Source: Callorhinchus milii
Taxonomy: Eukaryota
Direction: 5' to 3'
DNA length: 64,000 nt
Assembly (NCBI RefSeq): GCF_018977255.1
Contig: NW_024704742.1
Location: forward strand, 93,994,001-94,058,000
Of the stretch, positions 24,207 to 37,630 are shown in pieces. Every line of letters begins with the position of its first letter. The stretch's first letter is position 1. Position numbers and translations under genes: made by a program. The notes under the pieces are model-generated. The model worked only from the letters and a program-made list of their open reading frames with translations. It was not told the origin of the DNA and ran no database searches.

Positions 24207-25620
24207 AGTGAGGGAACCCATTCTCAGCTCTCCAGTATGTTTGTTGGTTCTGGCTGCTGGGCAGTGGAGGAGGACAGTACAAATTACTTTGATTTGAAAT
24301 TGAGAAATCCAGATGAATGGCTTAGGCTCACTGGAGAGGACAACCCCCAGTGTTGAAAAAGGAGAAAAGACTAGATAAATTGAAAAGTAAGCAATGTTTG
24401 GGTCACATCAAGCTCATTGTTTAAAAGGCAGAGAAGGCAGGGAAGAATGAGGGACTTCAGAAGTTACCTTTCCATCTCTTCCTCTCCCACCTAACCTGAT
24501 GCCGAATCTTACTCAACAAACGGTGGAGCTCCTTGTGTGAACCTAATACCAAATTACTCTGTCGGAGTCTTGAGTTAATTATGGAGCGATAGATGTGTGA
24601 GAGGCATATCCATACTTTGAACATACATAGGAAAAGAGACATTGTGGGATATGAGGGTGACCAAGACGATTTATTCAAAAAATACAGCAGCATGTAGCCC
24701 CCTGAATAACCTTGTGGTTTAATGACCTCTGATTCACTCTGATGCAGCACAGATTATTTGCGGCTCCCTCGCTTTGTGCACTTTGTCCAGTGTGCGAGCA
24801 TGGCCAATGTAGTCCCTGGAGACAGCTGGAATCGGAACGGAAACATTAGTTGTTTGTCTTGACTTTAAAGAACATGCTTGATGACCAGTATAATCAAAAT
24901 GTGATGGTCCAGTAACTGATGTATATGTGGTTGGAGAGCAGTGGGGAGGAGAGGAAAGTAAAAAAAAAATGTTATTAGCTTGTTGAGGCTATTACAAAAG
25001 ACGTGTTTGCACTTCTGTTCATTTTCTGATTGCAGTTATCAAGTGTAGCCCTGACATATTGATATACTTGATCTCAGTGTTTTTTAGTATTCTCTTTCCA
25101 AAGGAAATCCTAGTCTAAATTTAATATTTCAGAGAGTAGAAAATGGTAACAATATTAATAATAATCTTCGCATTTGATACAGCCCTTCATTAAGTCATCA
25201 AAAAATCTCTAGACTACTTCACAAGATTTTACTGTAAAGTGTAGTAACTGTATTTGTGTGTAATAGTTTTGACTCGGACTCAGGTGGGTGGGGGAATGGG
25301 AGATACTGTAGGGGATTCATTCGATGTTTTTGCTGCCAGTGCTTTTGCCAGCAGGGACACATAGATAGAGTGCCTTTTTCAATGCTGTTGTCACCATATA
25401 GCTATTCTACAAATGAGATGATCAATGTGGTAATTTCTTTCAGCCTGAAATATTGCTTTTGCCAACTGGGAAGAAAGCTATTACAATATAGTTACAAAAA
25501 TTCTAAATCACTGACCAAAAGAGAAAACCTGAAAGACAGATATTATTGTGAAACAATACCTTTCCCCAAGACTACAGTTCTTAACCTCCACCGCATTAGA
25601 GGTGTGCACCACTGCACTGT

Positions 25621-25934
25621 GGAGTCCCGTAGCTCAGTGGTTAGAGCACTCACCTCACAAGCGAGATACCTGGGTTTGATTCCTGGGAGGGGGAAACCTT
25701 GGGCAAGTTTCCTCACTCCAACATGCCTGATAATAATCCCTCAAGAAAAAACCCGATAACAAATTGGTCACTTCAATCCACGACTGTTTGTGGGACACTG
25801 CTGTGCACAATTGGCTGCCAAATTTCACCCACAAATATACAGTCAATTCACTTTACAGTCTATTCTGTGAAACACTTTGAGACGTCTAGAAGACTTGAAA
25901 AGCGCTATATCAAATGCAAGGATTATTATTATTA
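25621..25934 (+). mobile_element. Young tRNA-derived SINE, short variant
   Basis: Full-length copy. Confidence 0.9.
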
Positions 25935-26035
25935 CCTGCTTCTGCTCCTATCTCACACCAAATGCCACCGAAACCTTTGTTAACGCATTTGTTACCTTTA
26001 GCCTAGACTTTCAGTTCCACTCATTGCTTGCCTCC

Positions 26036-26250
26036 TCTTCTAGACGTCTCAAAGGCTTCACAGAATATACTGTAAAGTGAATTGACTGTATATTTGTGGG
26101 CAAAACGCGGCAACCAATTGTCCCACAAACAGTTGTGGATTGAAGTGACCAAATTATTATTTTATTTATATTTTTGAAGGATTATTATCAGGCATGTGAA
26201 GTAAGGAAACTTGCCCAAGATTTCCCCTGCCAGGAATCAAACCCAGGTCT
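26036..26250 (-). mobile_element. Young SINE, truncated, inverted relative to the 25621 copy
   Basis: Reverse match to the family, from the B box to the tail hairpin. Confidence 0.85.
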
Positions 26251-27021
26251 TGTAATTATGATTGAATCAGTCAGTGGTTTTCCTCTGGATTTTAACATCT
26301 CCACAAAAATCTTATCCCATCAAGAGATTCTTGACAGGTATTTTTTTTTGTCCAGACTTCTTCAGTCTTGAACTCTGATTGTTTTAAGAGAAGAGTAAAA
26401 CAAACCACAAGTTAGAAAAAACCACCGGCTATGAGATGCTTTTAACGTTCGAGTGAGTGTGCAAGTTCTGTGGAATAATAACTGCGTATGAACACTAGAT
26501 GGCCTATTTGTTTTACTCTGAGAAGGACCCTGGATTCTGATTGTGAGTTCCTTTCATATGGTGCTAATTTAGTCCCTTTTCAGATGTCAGTTTCCAGCTC
26601 CAATTATCTGTGCTAAGACAATTTAATACAGTTTGAGAAATTAATTTAACATGACGTTCGATTGGCTTTTTGTAACCTCCTCTTTGTCACAACGACAAAA
26701 GAAAAGTGTGCAATTCATCAAAGGGGCTCAACTAGTCACCCCAGTTTTGTCACTCTTTTACTTTACTGTGGGTTTGAAACAGCTCTCGAATGGGAGACGG
26801 ATGCAAATGTGGCGTCTTGCACTGGGAAGAAAATAGCTCAGCATGTAAAGTGTGTTTCCTCCCAAGAATCCATTGTACATCATGTCAAACCGCTGAGAGG
26901 CGATCTCTGTGTTGGACCTGACTTATCATGAGTGTGTTTGACATATGTGAAGTTCTCAGCAGGGTATGCACTTTACATGCTGAGGTACTTTTTCCTACTT
27001 GCTCCATTTAAGTTGAGGTTT

Positions 27022-27517
27022 TAATAATAATAATAAGCCTTGCATTTGATACAGCACCTTATCACATCATTGAGATGTCTCAAAGCGCTTCACACTATAT
27101 ATTGTACAGTGAATTGACTGTATCTTGTGGGTGAAACGCAGCAGCCATTGCACACAGCAATGTCCCACAAACAGTCGTGAATTGAGTGACCACATTTTTT
27201 ATTATAGATTATTACCCCCGGAAAGCGATCACACCAATCAACTAACAACTGGGTTCCTACTTACTACTAGGTAAAAAGAGGCTTGTAGAAAAAGGAAACT
27301 TGTCTACAAGTTCACCCTGCCCGGGAATCGAACCCTGGTCCTCTTACTTGCAAGGCGAGTGCTCTAATCACTGTGGAACACTGCTGTGTGCAATTGACTG
27401 CCGCGTTGCGCCCACAATATATACAGTCAATTCACTTTACAGTATATTCTGTGAAGTGCTTTGAGACGTCTTGAAGACGTGATAAAGAGCTATAATCAAA
27501 TGCAAGGATTATTATTA
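27022..27517. mobile_element. Head-to-head SINE fusion (- long variant 27022-27373; + 3' half ~27371-27517)
   Basis: (taa)n at the left end and (att)n at the right end; junction at ...ctaatcactg|tggaacactgctgtg. Confidence 0.85.
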
Positions 27518-28089
27518 CAGGAATCCACATCCTGTTTTCTCGTTTGAGCGCTTTTTGAACCCCATTGTTGTTAAGGTGTAGGTTTCTCTTTTTTTAAGTT
27601 TGATGATTTGGGAACTTATTTTGGGAACTTTACACGTTGATAGACCATCTGGCACTATGCTGTAAAAACTAACAGCTAGAACCAAAAAAAAAGCCATAAA
27701 GGATATACGTAGGTGGGAGAATTTGCTGCATTTTTTCTGTGGATTTATGGTTGGTAGTTAAATTTACTTTTTCTACTCTATTCCATCTTGATCAGACATG
27801 CACCGTTCTCTGACAGAGTAGACAGGAAATTCCTTCCCACTAGGGGGGCCCCAAAGTATCTCCAGGTATTTTTTTCCTTCCCTCCTTGAGGAAGGTCCTT
27901 GACCCATGCTTGGTGGCTTCCTCTGACTGCTCGGTTGAGCTCAGGAATTGTTTGTGATTAAGAAATGCTGGTTACAGCGTATCAATACATTAACTATAGC
28001 CACACCACTGTTTGTGGATTTTTTTGTATGTTTGCATTGGTTAAATGTACTAAAAAATAACAGTAATCAACTAACTAATTAAGCTCCTG

Positions 28090-28775
28090 TGCAGATATCT
28101 GGGGATTCCGATCCACAAATCTCTGAAAGTAGCTACACAGCTGGATAAGGCTATAAAAAAAGTCCAGTGAATGTTGGGCTTCATAGCCAGAGCGATGGAA
28201 TCTGAAAATGAGGAGGTGATGTTGAATGTATACAAAACCTTGGTTAGATCACATTTGGAATTTTGTGTCCAATTCTGTTGTCTATACTATAAGAAGGTTA
28301 TAGCAGCAGTGAAACAAATACAGCATTAGTTTACTAGAATGAATAAAGGACTGGCAGGTTACTGTTATCAGGATAGAATGGATAGTTTAGGCCTTTTTTT
28401 CACTAGAAAAAGACATTTAAGAAGAGACTCAATAAAAATGTTTTAAAATTCCAAAAGAGTTCGATAAGGTTAGCATAGATAGGCCGTTTTCACTGGTTGC
28501 AACCAAAGAATACAATTATATAAGATAGCGACTAGGGGAGACAAAAGAGAACTCAGGAGAAACAGCTTCACCCAGAGGGTATGAGATTGTGGAACTTGTT
28601 GTCTGAAGCAGTGGTTGAATCAGATAGTATAAATTGCATTCAAGAGGAAGCTAGACCTTTATACGAGGAAGAGGAGAAGACCAGGAGTAAAGGATGGGTG
28701 AAGACTCACGTGGAGTATAAAAACCAGCACGGACCTTTTGGGCTAAGTGGCCTGTTTCCGTGATGTACATTCTTT
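28090..28775 (+). mobile_element. CR1 LINE 3' fragment
   Basis: Degenerate YKTLVRSHLEFCVQF and MRLWNLLSEAVVESDSINC motifs of CR1 ORF2. Confidence 0.85.
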
Positions 28776-29669
28776 GTAAATTTGTTTTTGATGGAAAATG
28801 TTTCCCAACAGAGGTACAAACGTATCCTTTTGGCCCTGAGTTAAACATGATTTTTTTTAAAAAAAGTTAATCTAATGGCAGTTTATGGGACGTGATGGCG
28901 CATAATGGCTGCCGTGTTTGCCTGCAAAAAACAGAGAGGTCACTACACTTGGTAGAAATGACCTTTAAAGCAATTTGGGACATTTTGATGTGTTGCGGCG
29001 CTATAAAAATTCAAGTCCTTTCTTCCTTTGTGTAGCAACTGAATAAGCACCATGAATAACCACAGAGTCAGCTTACATCAGTGACTGGGACACTGAGATT
29101 GTAAACTGTAACCAACCATAACTACCACTCACCCATGCATGAAGCAATAAAAAGTCTAGCAGTGTTATACACAGAACCTATATTCTGCTCAGTGTCAACT
29201 CCAAATCCCAATAAAAGCAGTTTACCACACACCTTGATGCTGAAATTAAAACCACTGTGAGAGTAATAAAACTACTCCAATGTCAGGAGCGATCTTGTTA
29301 GAATAATATAGTACTACCTTTGTAGAACAAATGCTTCAAATGAAACTATTATTACAAAAAAATAATTTTACGCACCCGTCATCCTTTATTTCCCCCCTTT
29401 CTTTCTTCTATTCAATGGTGGGGGCGGGGACAGTCGTCAGCCTCGATGTGTTGGTAGCACTTTTGCCTCCAAGTCAAAAGGTTGTGCTCATCGGCAGGAC
29501 ATGGAAGGCAATCATCCCACTCAGCTTCTGATAACCATGCAAGCTGAAGCCCTAAGGGTAGGGTGTCCCTAGCTGGACAAGCAGCAGGAAAGCTTGTCAG
29601 ACAACGATTGGGTTTCACACCCTTTGGACCCTGAGCTTATACTCTGGGCTGAAATTCCAAGACCCGTGC

Positions 29670-29878
29670 TGATAGTGATCTGCATTGTCAGGGTGGCATC
29701 CTTCAGATAAAACAATAAACCAAAGCTCTGTTTACCTGTTCAGTGGACTTTAAAGATCCCATGGCATCATTTGAAAAGGGAAGGGAGTTTCTCCCGGGGT
29801 CCTGGCTAACAATTCCCCAGATAAAAATTGGTCATTTACTTCATAGCTAGTTGTGGGACATCGTTGTGCACAAATTGC
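29670..29878 (+). mobile_element. Older Deu-domain SINE fragment
   Basis: taaagatcccatggcatcatttgaaaagggaagggagtttctcc core. Confidence 0.7.
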
Positions 29879-31135
29879 GGGATGGAGTTCCAGCGGGTGG
29901 ATGCAGAGAGGCGGAAGGCTCGCCCGCCAATAGTGGGGCAAGCAAGGCGGGGGATGTGAAGCAGGCCAGAGCCCGCTGAGCGGTGGGAGTGAACAGGTTG
30001 GTAGGGGGTTAGGAGGTCAGAGAGGAGGGGGGAGCAAGACCATGGAGGGCTTTGAAGGTGAGGACCAGGATCTTGAATTGTATCCTCTGTGTAATGGGAA
30101 ACCAGTGGAGTTGGGCAAGGATGTGGGTGATAGGGTCACAGAGCCTAGTGCACGAGAGGACACGGGGAGGAGTTGGGGAGGCCGACAAGCAGTGAGTTTG
30201 CATAGTTGAGCCTTGATGTAATGAAGGCGTATATGAGAGTTTCGGCAGCCTGTGGTGTGAGACAGTGTCGGAGCTGGGCGATGTTGTGAAGGTGGGGGAA
30301 GACAGAGCGGGTCATGGCATGTATGTTGGGTAGAAAGGATAGTTGAGGGTCAAACAGGATCCCCAAAGTTCTGGACTGGTTTAGCAAGGTGGAGTGTGCA
30401 ACCATGGATGTTGACGCTGTCAGCGCCTGAGGTGAGGAGGCGCTGACAGGAGCCAATCACGAGAGCCTTGGTCTTGTTGACGTTCAACTGAAGAAAGTTA
30501 GCTCTCATCCAGGATTTGATGTCTGACAGACATTCTGTCAGGATAGCAGTGGTCCTAGAGTCAAAGGTGGAGGCAGAGAGGTAGAGTTGGGTGTCATCCG
30601 CATTCATGTCACCAAGAGGGAGCATATAGATGATGAAGAGGAGGGGACCAAGGACAGAGCCCTGAGGAACACTGCACAAGACGGTCCGGGGGCTAGATGA
30701 GAAGCCGTTTGAGGAGATGAAGTGCAGGTGGTGTGAAAGGTACAATCTGAACCAATCAAAGACAGCGCCATGGAGGTTGCGATGAGAGGAGAGGCGATGG
30801 ATGAGGATAGAGTGGTCGATGGTATTGAAAACAGCAGAGAGGTCAAGGAGGCAGAGGGAAGCCTGGTCACAGAGGGACAGAATGTCATTTGTCACTTTGA
30901 CCAGGGCTGTTTCTGTGCTGTGGGCGGCACGGAAACCTGATTGGAGGGGTTCGAGAAGGGAGTGGAGGGAGAGGAAGGGGTCGAGGGAGCAGGTGGTGGG
31001 TTTCATACGGGTTATGGTGGTGATGAGAGAGGAGGGGGAGATGGGTTCCAAGGTGTGAAGGGAGGGGTGGATAGGGGCTGGGTAGGTTGGGGGGTGGGAA
31101 GAGGAGATGGGAAGGGGGTAGCAGTTGCAGTGGCA
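29876..31135 (-). mobile_element. L2 LINE ORF2 (RT) fragment with internal deletions
   Basis: QSGFRAAHSTETALVKVTND, LDLSAVFNTIDH, VPQGSVLGPLLFIIYM, ADDTQLY. Confidence 0.95.
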
Positions 31136-31917
31136 GAGGGGAAATATTCCATCTTTTTCTGACCTCCCCCAAATAAAATTGGTTATTCACTTCATGGCCA
31201 TTTGTAAACATCGCACTTGTCTACAAAATACACAGTCACTTTAATATACAGTTTTTTTTAGAATTATAAAATGTTACAACACTGAAACTAGTCTGTCCCA
31301 GTGTGTATACTCAACATTAGCCTGCCTTTTCCTCTGGTGGACGATAAAGGATTTAAAAGATTCCATAACACTATTCGAAAAGACAAAGGAGTTTCTTCCA
31401 GTGTTTAGTGTTATAAGTACAAGCTCAAATTTGTGTTGGTTTTAAGTAGACTGAATAATCTCATTTTAGAGACGCAATCTCATTCTTTATAAACTTTTAT
31501 CTTACGCTTTGAGATCTCCTCCTAGTGTGAGAAACGCTGTGGAGCTCTCTAATTTCTTTTTCTCTATGGCTCCTAATTTTATTTTGTTCTCCATTTACTC
31601 ATTGTTACACATTGATACACGTATGCCAACATACAGATACAGTCACTACACTTATTAGCAAATCCTGTGAATCACTTTGAGACATCCTCCCGATGTGAAA
31701 AACACTTTAACAAATGCAAGGATTATTATTTTTATTATTATAATAAAAGATACCTTCTGAATGAGTACCTGGTAGCTTTAGAGACTGATGGCGCTCAGAT
31801 GGGAAACTTGCCCTTGGTGTTCAAACAGCACAACTAGCACAAAATAATAAACCTAACATTTGATATATCACGCCGTTGAGACTTCTCAAAGCGCTTCACA
31901 GAATGTATTGTAAAGTG

Positions 31918-32113
31918 GGTCAGGCAGCATCTATGGAGAAAGGAAAGTGAGTCAACGTTTCAGGTCCACGACCCTTTGTCAGAACCCGAAACGTGGAACC
32001 AAAACGTTGACTCACTTTCCTTTCTCCATAGATACTGCCTGACCTGCTGAGTATTCCCAGCGACTTTTGTTTTTGTTTTCAGATTTCCAGCATCTGCAGT
32101 ATTTTGTGTTTTG
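31918..32113. mobile_element. Second palindromic Penelope-like terminal-repeat element with decayed hammerhead core
   Basis: 53-bp inverted arms 31918-31970/31992-32044 (4 mismatches); same sequence family as 12346-12575. Confidence 0.7.
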
Positions 32114-34254
32114 TATATCTTACAGTAATTGTCTGTGGCAAAACACAACAGCCCATTGCACACATCAGTTTCCTGCAAACAGTTGTGGAATGAGAGACCA
32201 AATTTTTTTTGCAAGTTATTATTAACCCAGAATGCAATCCCCCAATCGACTAACTGCTGGGGTCCTACTTGCTGCTCGGCAAACAGATGCGTGTGGAGGA
32301 AGGTTCTGCATAGTACTCTGATTCTGCATAGAATCGCAACGAACAGTAATATTTTACAAATAAAATTCCGTGGTAACTTCGTGTTTGAACTCAATGACCT
32401 ATTCCAAAGCAATATTACTGACAACAAAGTTGCTGACAGCAATGAATGAGGTCATCTTAATGCAAGAGACTCCAGGAAATGACAGGCTTAGAGGAATTTC
32501 AAAACCATAGGAGTGACTTGGGACAGAACCAAGCTACATTGCCACTCTGGCAGCAAAGCAAGATGTGACCACAGTAAAGCAGGTTTTCAATGGGCTAACG
32601 TTTACAAGTGAGAATCAGGCAGGTGGTTCAGAGTTGCAAGAGCACAAACACTGAATGTGACCTGCGACATGTAAAACAGTTGTACTGTAACTTCTGACAA
32701 TGGGAATGAATGCATGTCTATATGAAATGCAAGCTGATCATTAGCACCAGCTTGCCTGAAGCCCACCCTGTGAAAGAAACCCAACATAACTTCAACTGGG
32801 GGTTAAGGTATCCCCACCCGCACATGAGTTTCCATTCTTGACTGCCTTGTCCAGGGAGGAAAGAGAGGAAACCATAGAACCAGATTCACCTCATCTCACA
32901 GTGATGGTTAAATCAGAACATGAAGACTCTTCACATTCTTGTCCTTGGAGAGGCAAGAAGGGGAAAGAGCTTCATTTATTTTGTGAGGTGCATTGGGGGG
33001 ACGGGGTGGGGGGTGCAAGAGTGGAGAGAACATGTCAGGGAACCAGTATCAGAACCCAATTCTGTTGAAATTGTTTAATTGGTGCATTTGAATGCAGTCA
33101 AGCAAAGTACAGTATAAACCCAATGGTAATAACAGTAACCCATAAAACAATTTGCAAAGCAATCAACTAAACTGGGTCAGTAAATGAATGTAGCCTAATG
33201 CAGCAGATACATTTAATGATGTGTTTGAAATATAGTACATTATGTTTAGTTTTACCAGTGTGTTCAGCCATTTGACTTGTGCAGTTATTGAAATATTTAA
33301 AAGGGAGATGAATACTTGATACGTAAGGTTGTTAAAAGATCTGGAGAAATGATGGGGAAATGAAATTAAAAGATCTGCTATTATGCAATAGACAGTTAGA
33401 ACAGGCTCAATGGGCTGAATGGCCTCCTCCTGTTCCTATGTTCTGGTGACATGTTCTGAGTATTGACATGATGGAAAATAGAGAATGTCAGGCATAAAAG
33501 ATAGTATAATAGATTATTATAATAAAAGAATGGTGGCTTGACAGCATCTCAGTTTAGAAGATAACAAATTTTTTGAAACTCTACCCAAAATTCTGTAATA
33601 ATAATTGGCCCGGTTCTTCCAATAGTCAGTTATTATGTTGCTTAGGGAAGAAAGGGGATTAGATTTGGGGATTAGCAGTCATTGCTTGTCACTGGGCGGA
33701 GGTTGGGGGGAGAAAACTTCACAAGAATATTCCTTGCAGTTTAAATCTTTTGAGAAGTTCAGATATTTCAGAAATATCTGCTCGTCTCAGAGTTACACAA
33801 CACAATTTACGCTTATAGAGCACCTTTCACATCAGGAGATGTCCCAAAGCACCTGACAATTTTGGCTGGGCACCCGAATATGGGGTGGGAGATGAGGAGA
33901 AAAATTAGAAAAAGCGCAGTCAAAGAGGTATGTTGTGAGATGTACTTTGAAAGAGGGGAGAGAGGGAGCAATTCAGAGGGACCTGAGGATGGAGTTCCAG
34001 AGTGTGGGCGCCAAGTGGCTGAAAGTTCTCATGCTTATGGTGGGCTGATAGAGCGGGGGAGTGGCGTAGGCCAGGGTTGGCCGAGTAGAAGGTTGGTAAG
34101 GATAAAGGAGGTTGGGGGATGTGGAGTTCAGATTATTAGAAATCGTTTCTATTCCAGTTTTCTCACTTGCACTTGTGAAGGGTTGGGTATATGCTGCTGT
34201 TTAGTGTCTCAGCCAAGTGGTTGTTCTCATGTGTGAGCTTGACAGCAAGTGGCA

Positions 34255-34522
34255 GCCAGCTATTCAGCTGTGGGGTGATCACAGCCAAACCCCATCCTGT
34301 TTTGTCCAGAGATATCCACACTAGCAGCTTGGGTCTTTCCCTGGATAGAGATCAGGAGCAGGAACCCTGGCCTGATTATTCTCTCCATAGACATGGGCAC
34401 AAAGGTTAGTTGTAGTTCCCAAACTAATTTCCCAGCTGAGATTAACACAGAATGGGGATCAAACCTGTGACTTTCCTGATCTGTGTAATTCAGTTTTATA
34501 CCAGTCAGTGGATTTACCAAAT
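34255..34522 (-). mobile_element. Old SINE-like repeat of a different family
   Basis: B-box-like ggtttgatcccc on -; partial similarity to 53640-53760. Confidence 0.4.
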
Positions 34523-34919
34523 GTAAAAGCCTAAACTCTTTAAATTTTAAGGTATAGATTTGTATGACTTTTTGGTGAAATTCAACACGTGAAGCTTACG
34601 TGAAGGGAGGCTCTGCCTGTGTGGGTTTGTTGGGTTCATTTAGAAAGAAATAACTTGCATGTTTAGAACCTCTTATCACATCTCAGTAATTCAAAGCACT
34701 TCACAAGTAATTACTGTCAAGCATAGTTCTGTTGGCAATTTTTGTTTATAAGCATAAAATGTTTTAAGTGGTAACTCAATGCATTTTTTTTACATGCAAA
34801 AAATGTGACTCAAAATACACATCTGTTTAGGTAACTGAATGAAGGCTGTAATCTTGAATGATTTGCAGGATCATCGTGAGTGACACACCGCATAATCTCT
34901 GTATTTGTTTTTTTTGTAG

Positions 34920-34975
34920 CTTAAAGCTTCAGCTTGTCACCCTTCATTATATAGAATACTTGATGGCATCTTCAG
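34920..34975 (+). CDS. FANCC: FANCC exon (human exon 9 equivalent), LKASACHPSLYRILDGIFR
   Basis: tttttgtag acceptor and AG|GTAAGA donor; 56 nt, phase 0/2. Matches human PQAACHPAIFRVVDEMFR. Confidence 0.94.
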
Positions 34976-35954
34976 GTAAGAATAACTTGCCAATGTGTTA
35001 AAGCACCAATATACAAATTGAAATAATTACAAACAATATTGTCCTAAAACTTGTTTATTATCCACATTGATTGTTGTACATCTTAACCAGATATATAAGT
35101 ACTCTCGAAAAATGTGATTTGACTAGGCATATCTTTATGATAAAGTATGTTACTATTTAGTTAAAGAAAAAATAAAAGGCCACAAATGTATCCTAAAAGA
35201 CCATTTGGTCTTAAAATGTAATTATGGAAAATTCATAAATCCAGCCTTCATTTAGCTGGTTGTTTTTAAGAATTATGTAAAAAATAAGATGCTAATTAAA
35301 ACTAATTCTGCTCATGTCTTAAATTTTAAGGTAAATTGTCTTGCAGGCTATGATTTGGAATTTTAGGCACAAAGTTCATTTTCTTTAACAACAGATTAAA
35401 AATAACATTAAAGTGAGTGTTGCAAGCACCAATTTTCTGTGAAGGTTTCTGCATCATAGTCTTTTCAATGATTGATTTAGAATTGGAGTTCTTACTGCGC
35501 AGCAGTATAGCAACAATCATTCTCAGTGCAGATTTGGTTTCAGTTTTCAAACAGGATTCAAATTGTCCAGGGAGTGGACATTTTAATGGGACACTAATTC
35601 CTAACATTTAAGACGATTTTGGCAGATGCATTTGTAAGTGAGCCAGCTGATGTTTTACCAGCATTTTTTTTAAATATTGCTTTTAAATGACCAGCAAACC
35701 TATTTATAATCATCCTTACATTTGATATGTTTGCTCACGAATACACAGTCACTACACTTCACAGTAAAATCACAGTAAAATCCCATGAAGAGCTTTGAGC
35801 CATCTCAATGACATGAAAGGAGCTATGGTTATTAAGGTTTCTTATTATTTAGTGCCTTAACATGTCCTTGAGATCTATCAAAGTATTTCACAGGATTTTA
35901 CTGTGAAGTGGAGTGACTGTATACTATATTTGTAGGCAAATGCAGCAGCTAATT

Positions 35955-36267
35955 TAATAATAATAATCCTTGCATTTGATATAGCGCTTTTCACGTCGGG
36001 AGGACGTCCCAAAGCGCTTCACAGAACATTCTGTATAGTGAATTGACTGTATATTTGTGGGCGAACGCAGCAGCCAATTGCGCACAGCAGTGTCCCACAA
36101 ACAGTCGTAGATTGAAAATGACCAATTTATTATTGTTTTGGGTTTTGGAGGGATTATTATTAGGTGTCTGGAGTAAGGAAACTTGCCCAAGGTTTCGCCC
36201 GGCCTGGAATTGAACTCAGGTCTCTCACTTGCAAAGCGAGTGCTCTAACCACTGAGCTACAGGACTC
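35955..36267 (-). mobile_element. Young tRNA-derived SINE, short variant with LINE-type tail loop
   Basis: Full length; tail reads GGGACGTCCTCCCGACGTG on -. Confidence 0.92.
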
Positions 36268-36289
36268 TAAAGTTCATTGTGGTGGTGTC

Positions 36290-36560
36290 CCACAACCAGT
36301 GAATGACTAATTTCATTTGGGGAATTATTGGTCAGGACACCGGGAGAAACTATTTTTAAAAAGTGCCACAGGATTTGTCTACCTGAACAGAGATTTCTGT
36401 TTAAAATCTCATCTGAAAGACTGCACCTCTGACGATGCATCACACCCTAGCACTGCATTGGAGTGTCATCTTACACAGTGAGTTCAAAGTCTTGACTTGA
36501 GGTTTAAACTCACAACCTTCTGACTCAGAGGCGAGAGTGATACCAACTGAGCAGGCTGAC
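36290..36560 (-). mobile_element. Older Deu-domain SINE
   Basis: Head ...ctctcgcctctgagtcagaaggttgtgag plus Deu core on -. Confidence 0.7.
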
Positions 36561-37249
36561 AGCGGAATTTGGCAGCATATAAAACAAAATTAATCACTGC
36601 ACTGACCAAGACATGACTAGCTGACATCAACTGAATGAAAACTGTTTTCTCTCATTTTAAATGAAAGGATTTGTACTTTGAGAGTTAGCTTGTAGCTTAA
36701 CAGAATAACGCTGCATTAAGTCACAAGACTGTAGGCTTCAATAGAGTGTTCTATCAAAGGTGTAATGTACCTAAATACAAAAAAGCTTTCGTTTATAAAT
36801 CATGTTCAGATAAAATAGGTGGTGCAACTTTGAATCAGATTGAATTCTAACTTTTATATTTTTGTGCTAGCTATTGATTTGTAGAATCAATAATCCCGCC
36901 AGTAAGGTCTTATTCAAAATGGAGCATATATTGATTTGGTGTAATACAAAGCTTTTCATGCCTGCAAAATGTGATTATATTATTTAATGTGTTGGCCAAT
37001 TTTAATTATAAATCAGCTTTGCTGATGAATTCTGACAAATGTTAGCACTTTGCAGAATCTGCTATCTGTTCGATGGCCCTTAAGGACTGCTGCATTCTAG
37101 GCTGTTAAATCTGCAGCAATGCATTGTAAAGGATTGTATCCAAATTTGCTTGTTCCCCATTGAGCACAATTTCAAATATATAAGGTTTTCAATATTCAGC
37201 ACTTGGAGAACCCGTTATTGTTGCTTTGGGGCATTCTTAAAAGAACTTA

Positions 37250-37630
37250 CAGTTGATAGTGCTCTCGTTTTGGAGTCAGAAGGTTGCAGGTTCGAGCCTC
37301 TTGTCGGGACTTGGAACTCATATAGTCTATGTGACATTCCAGTGCAGTGCTGCATTATTGGAGGTGCCATCCTCGGATGAAACTTTAAATCAAGGTCTCG
37401 TTTGTTTGTTTATGTAAACATTAAAGATCCCATGGCACTATTTGAAAAGAGAAGAGAGTTTCTAGCTGTGTCCTGGCCAACAAGAATCTAGTCTAAATGG
37501 GCTGCCGTGTTCACTCACAAAATAAACACGGTCACATCACTACAGTACATTGAAGTGAAGCGCATTGAGATGTATCGATAACGTGATGAGGTACAATATC
37601 AAATGCAAGGATTATTATTAAGGATTATTA
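37250..37630 (+). mobile_element. Older Deu-domain SINE, near full length
   Basis: gagtcagaaggttgcaggttcgagcc head, Deu core aaagatcccatggcactatttgaaaagag, tail aaatgcaaggattatta. Confidence 0.8.
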
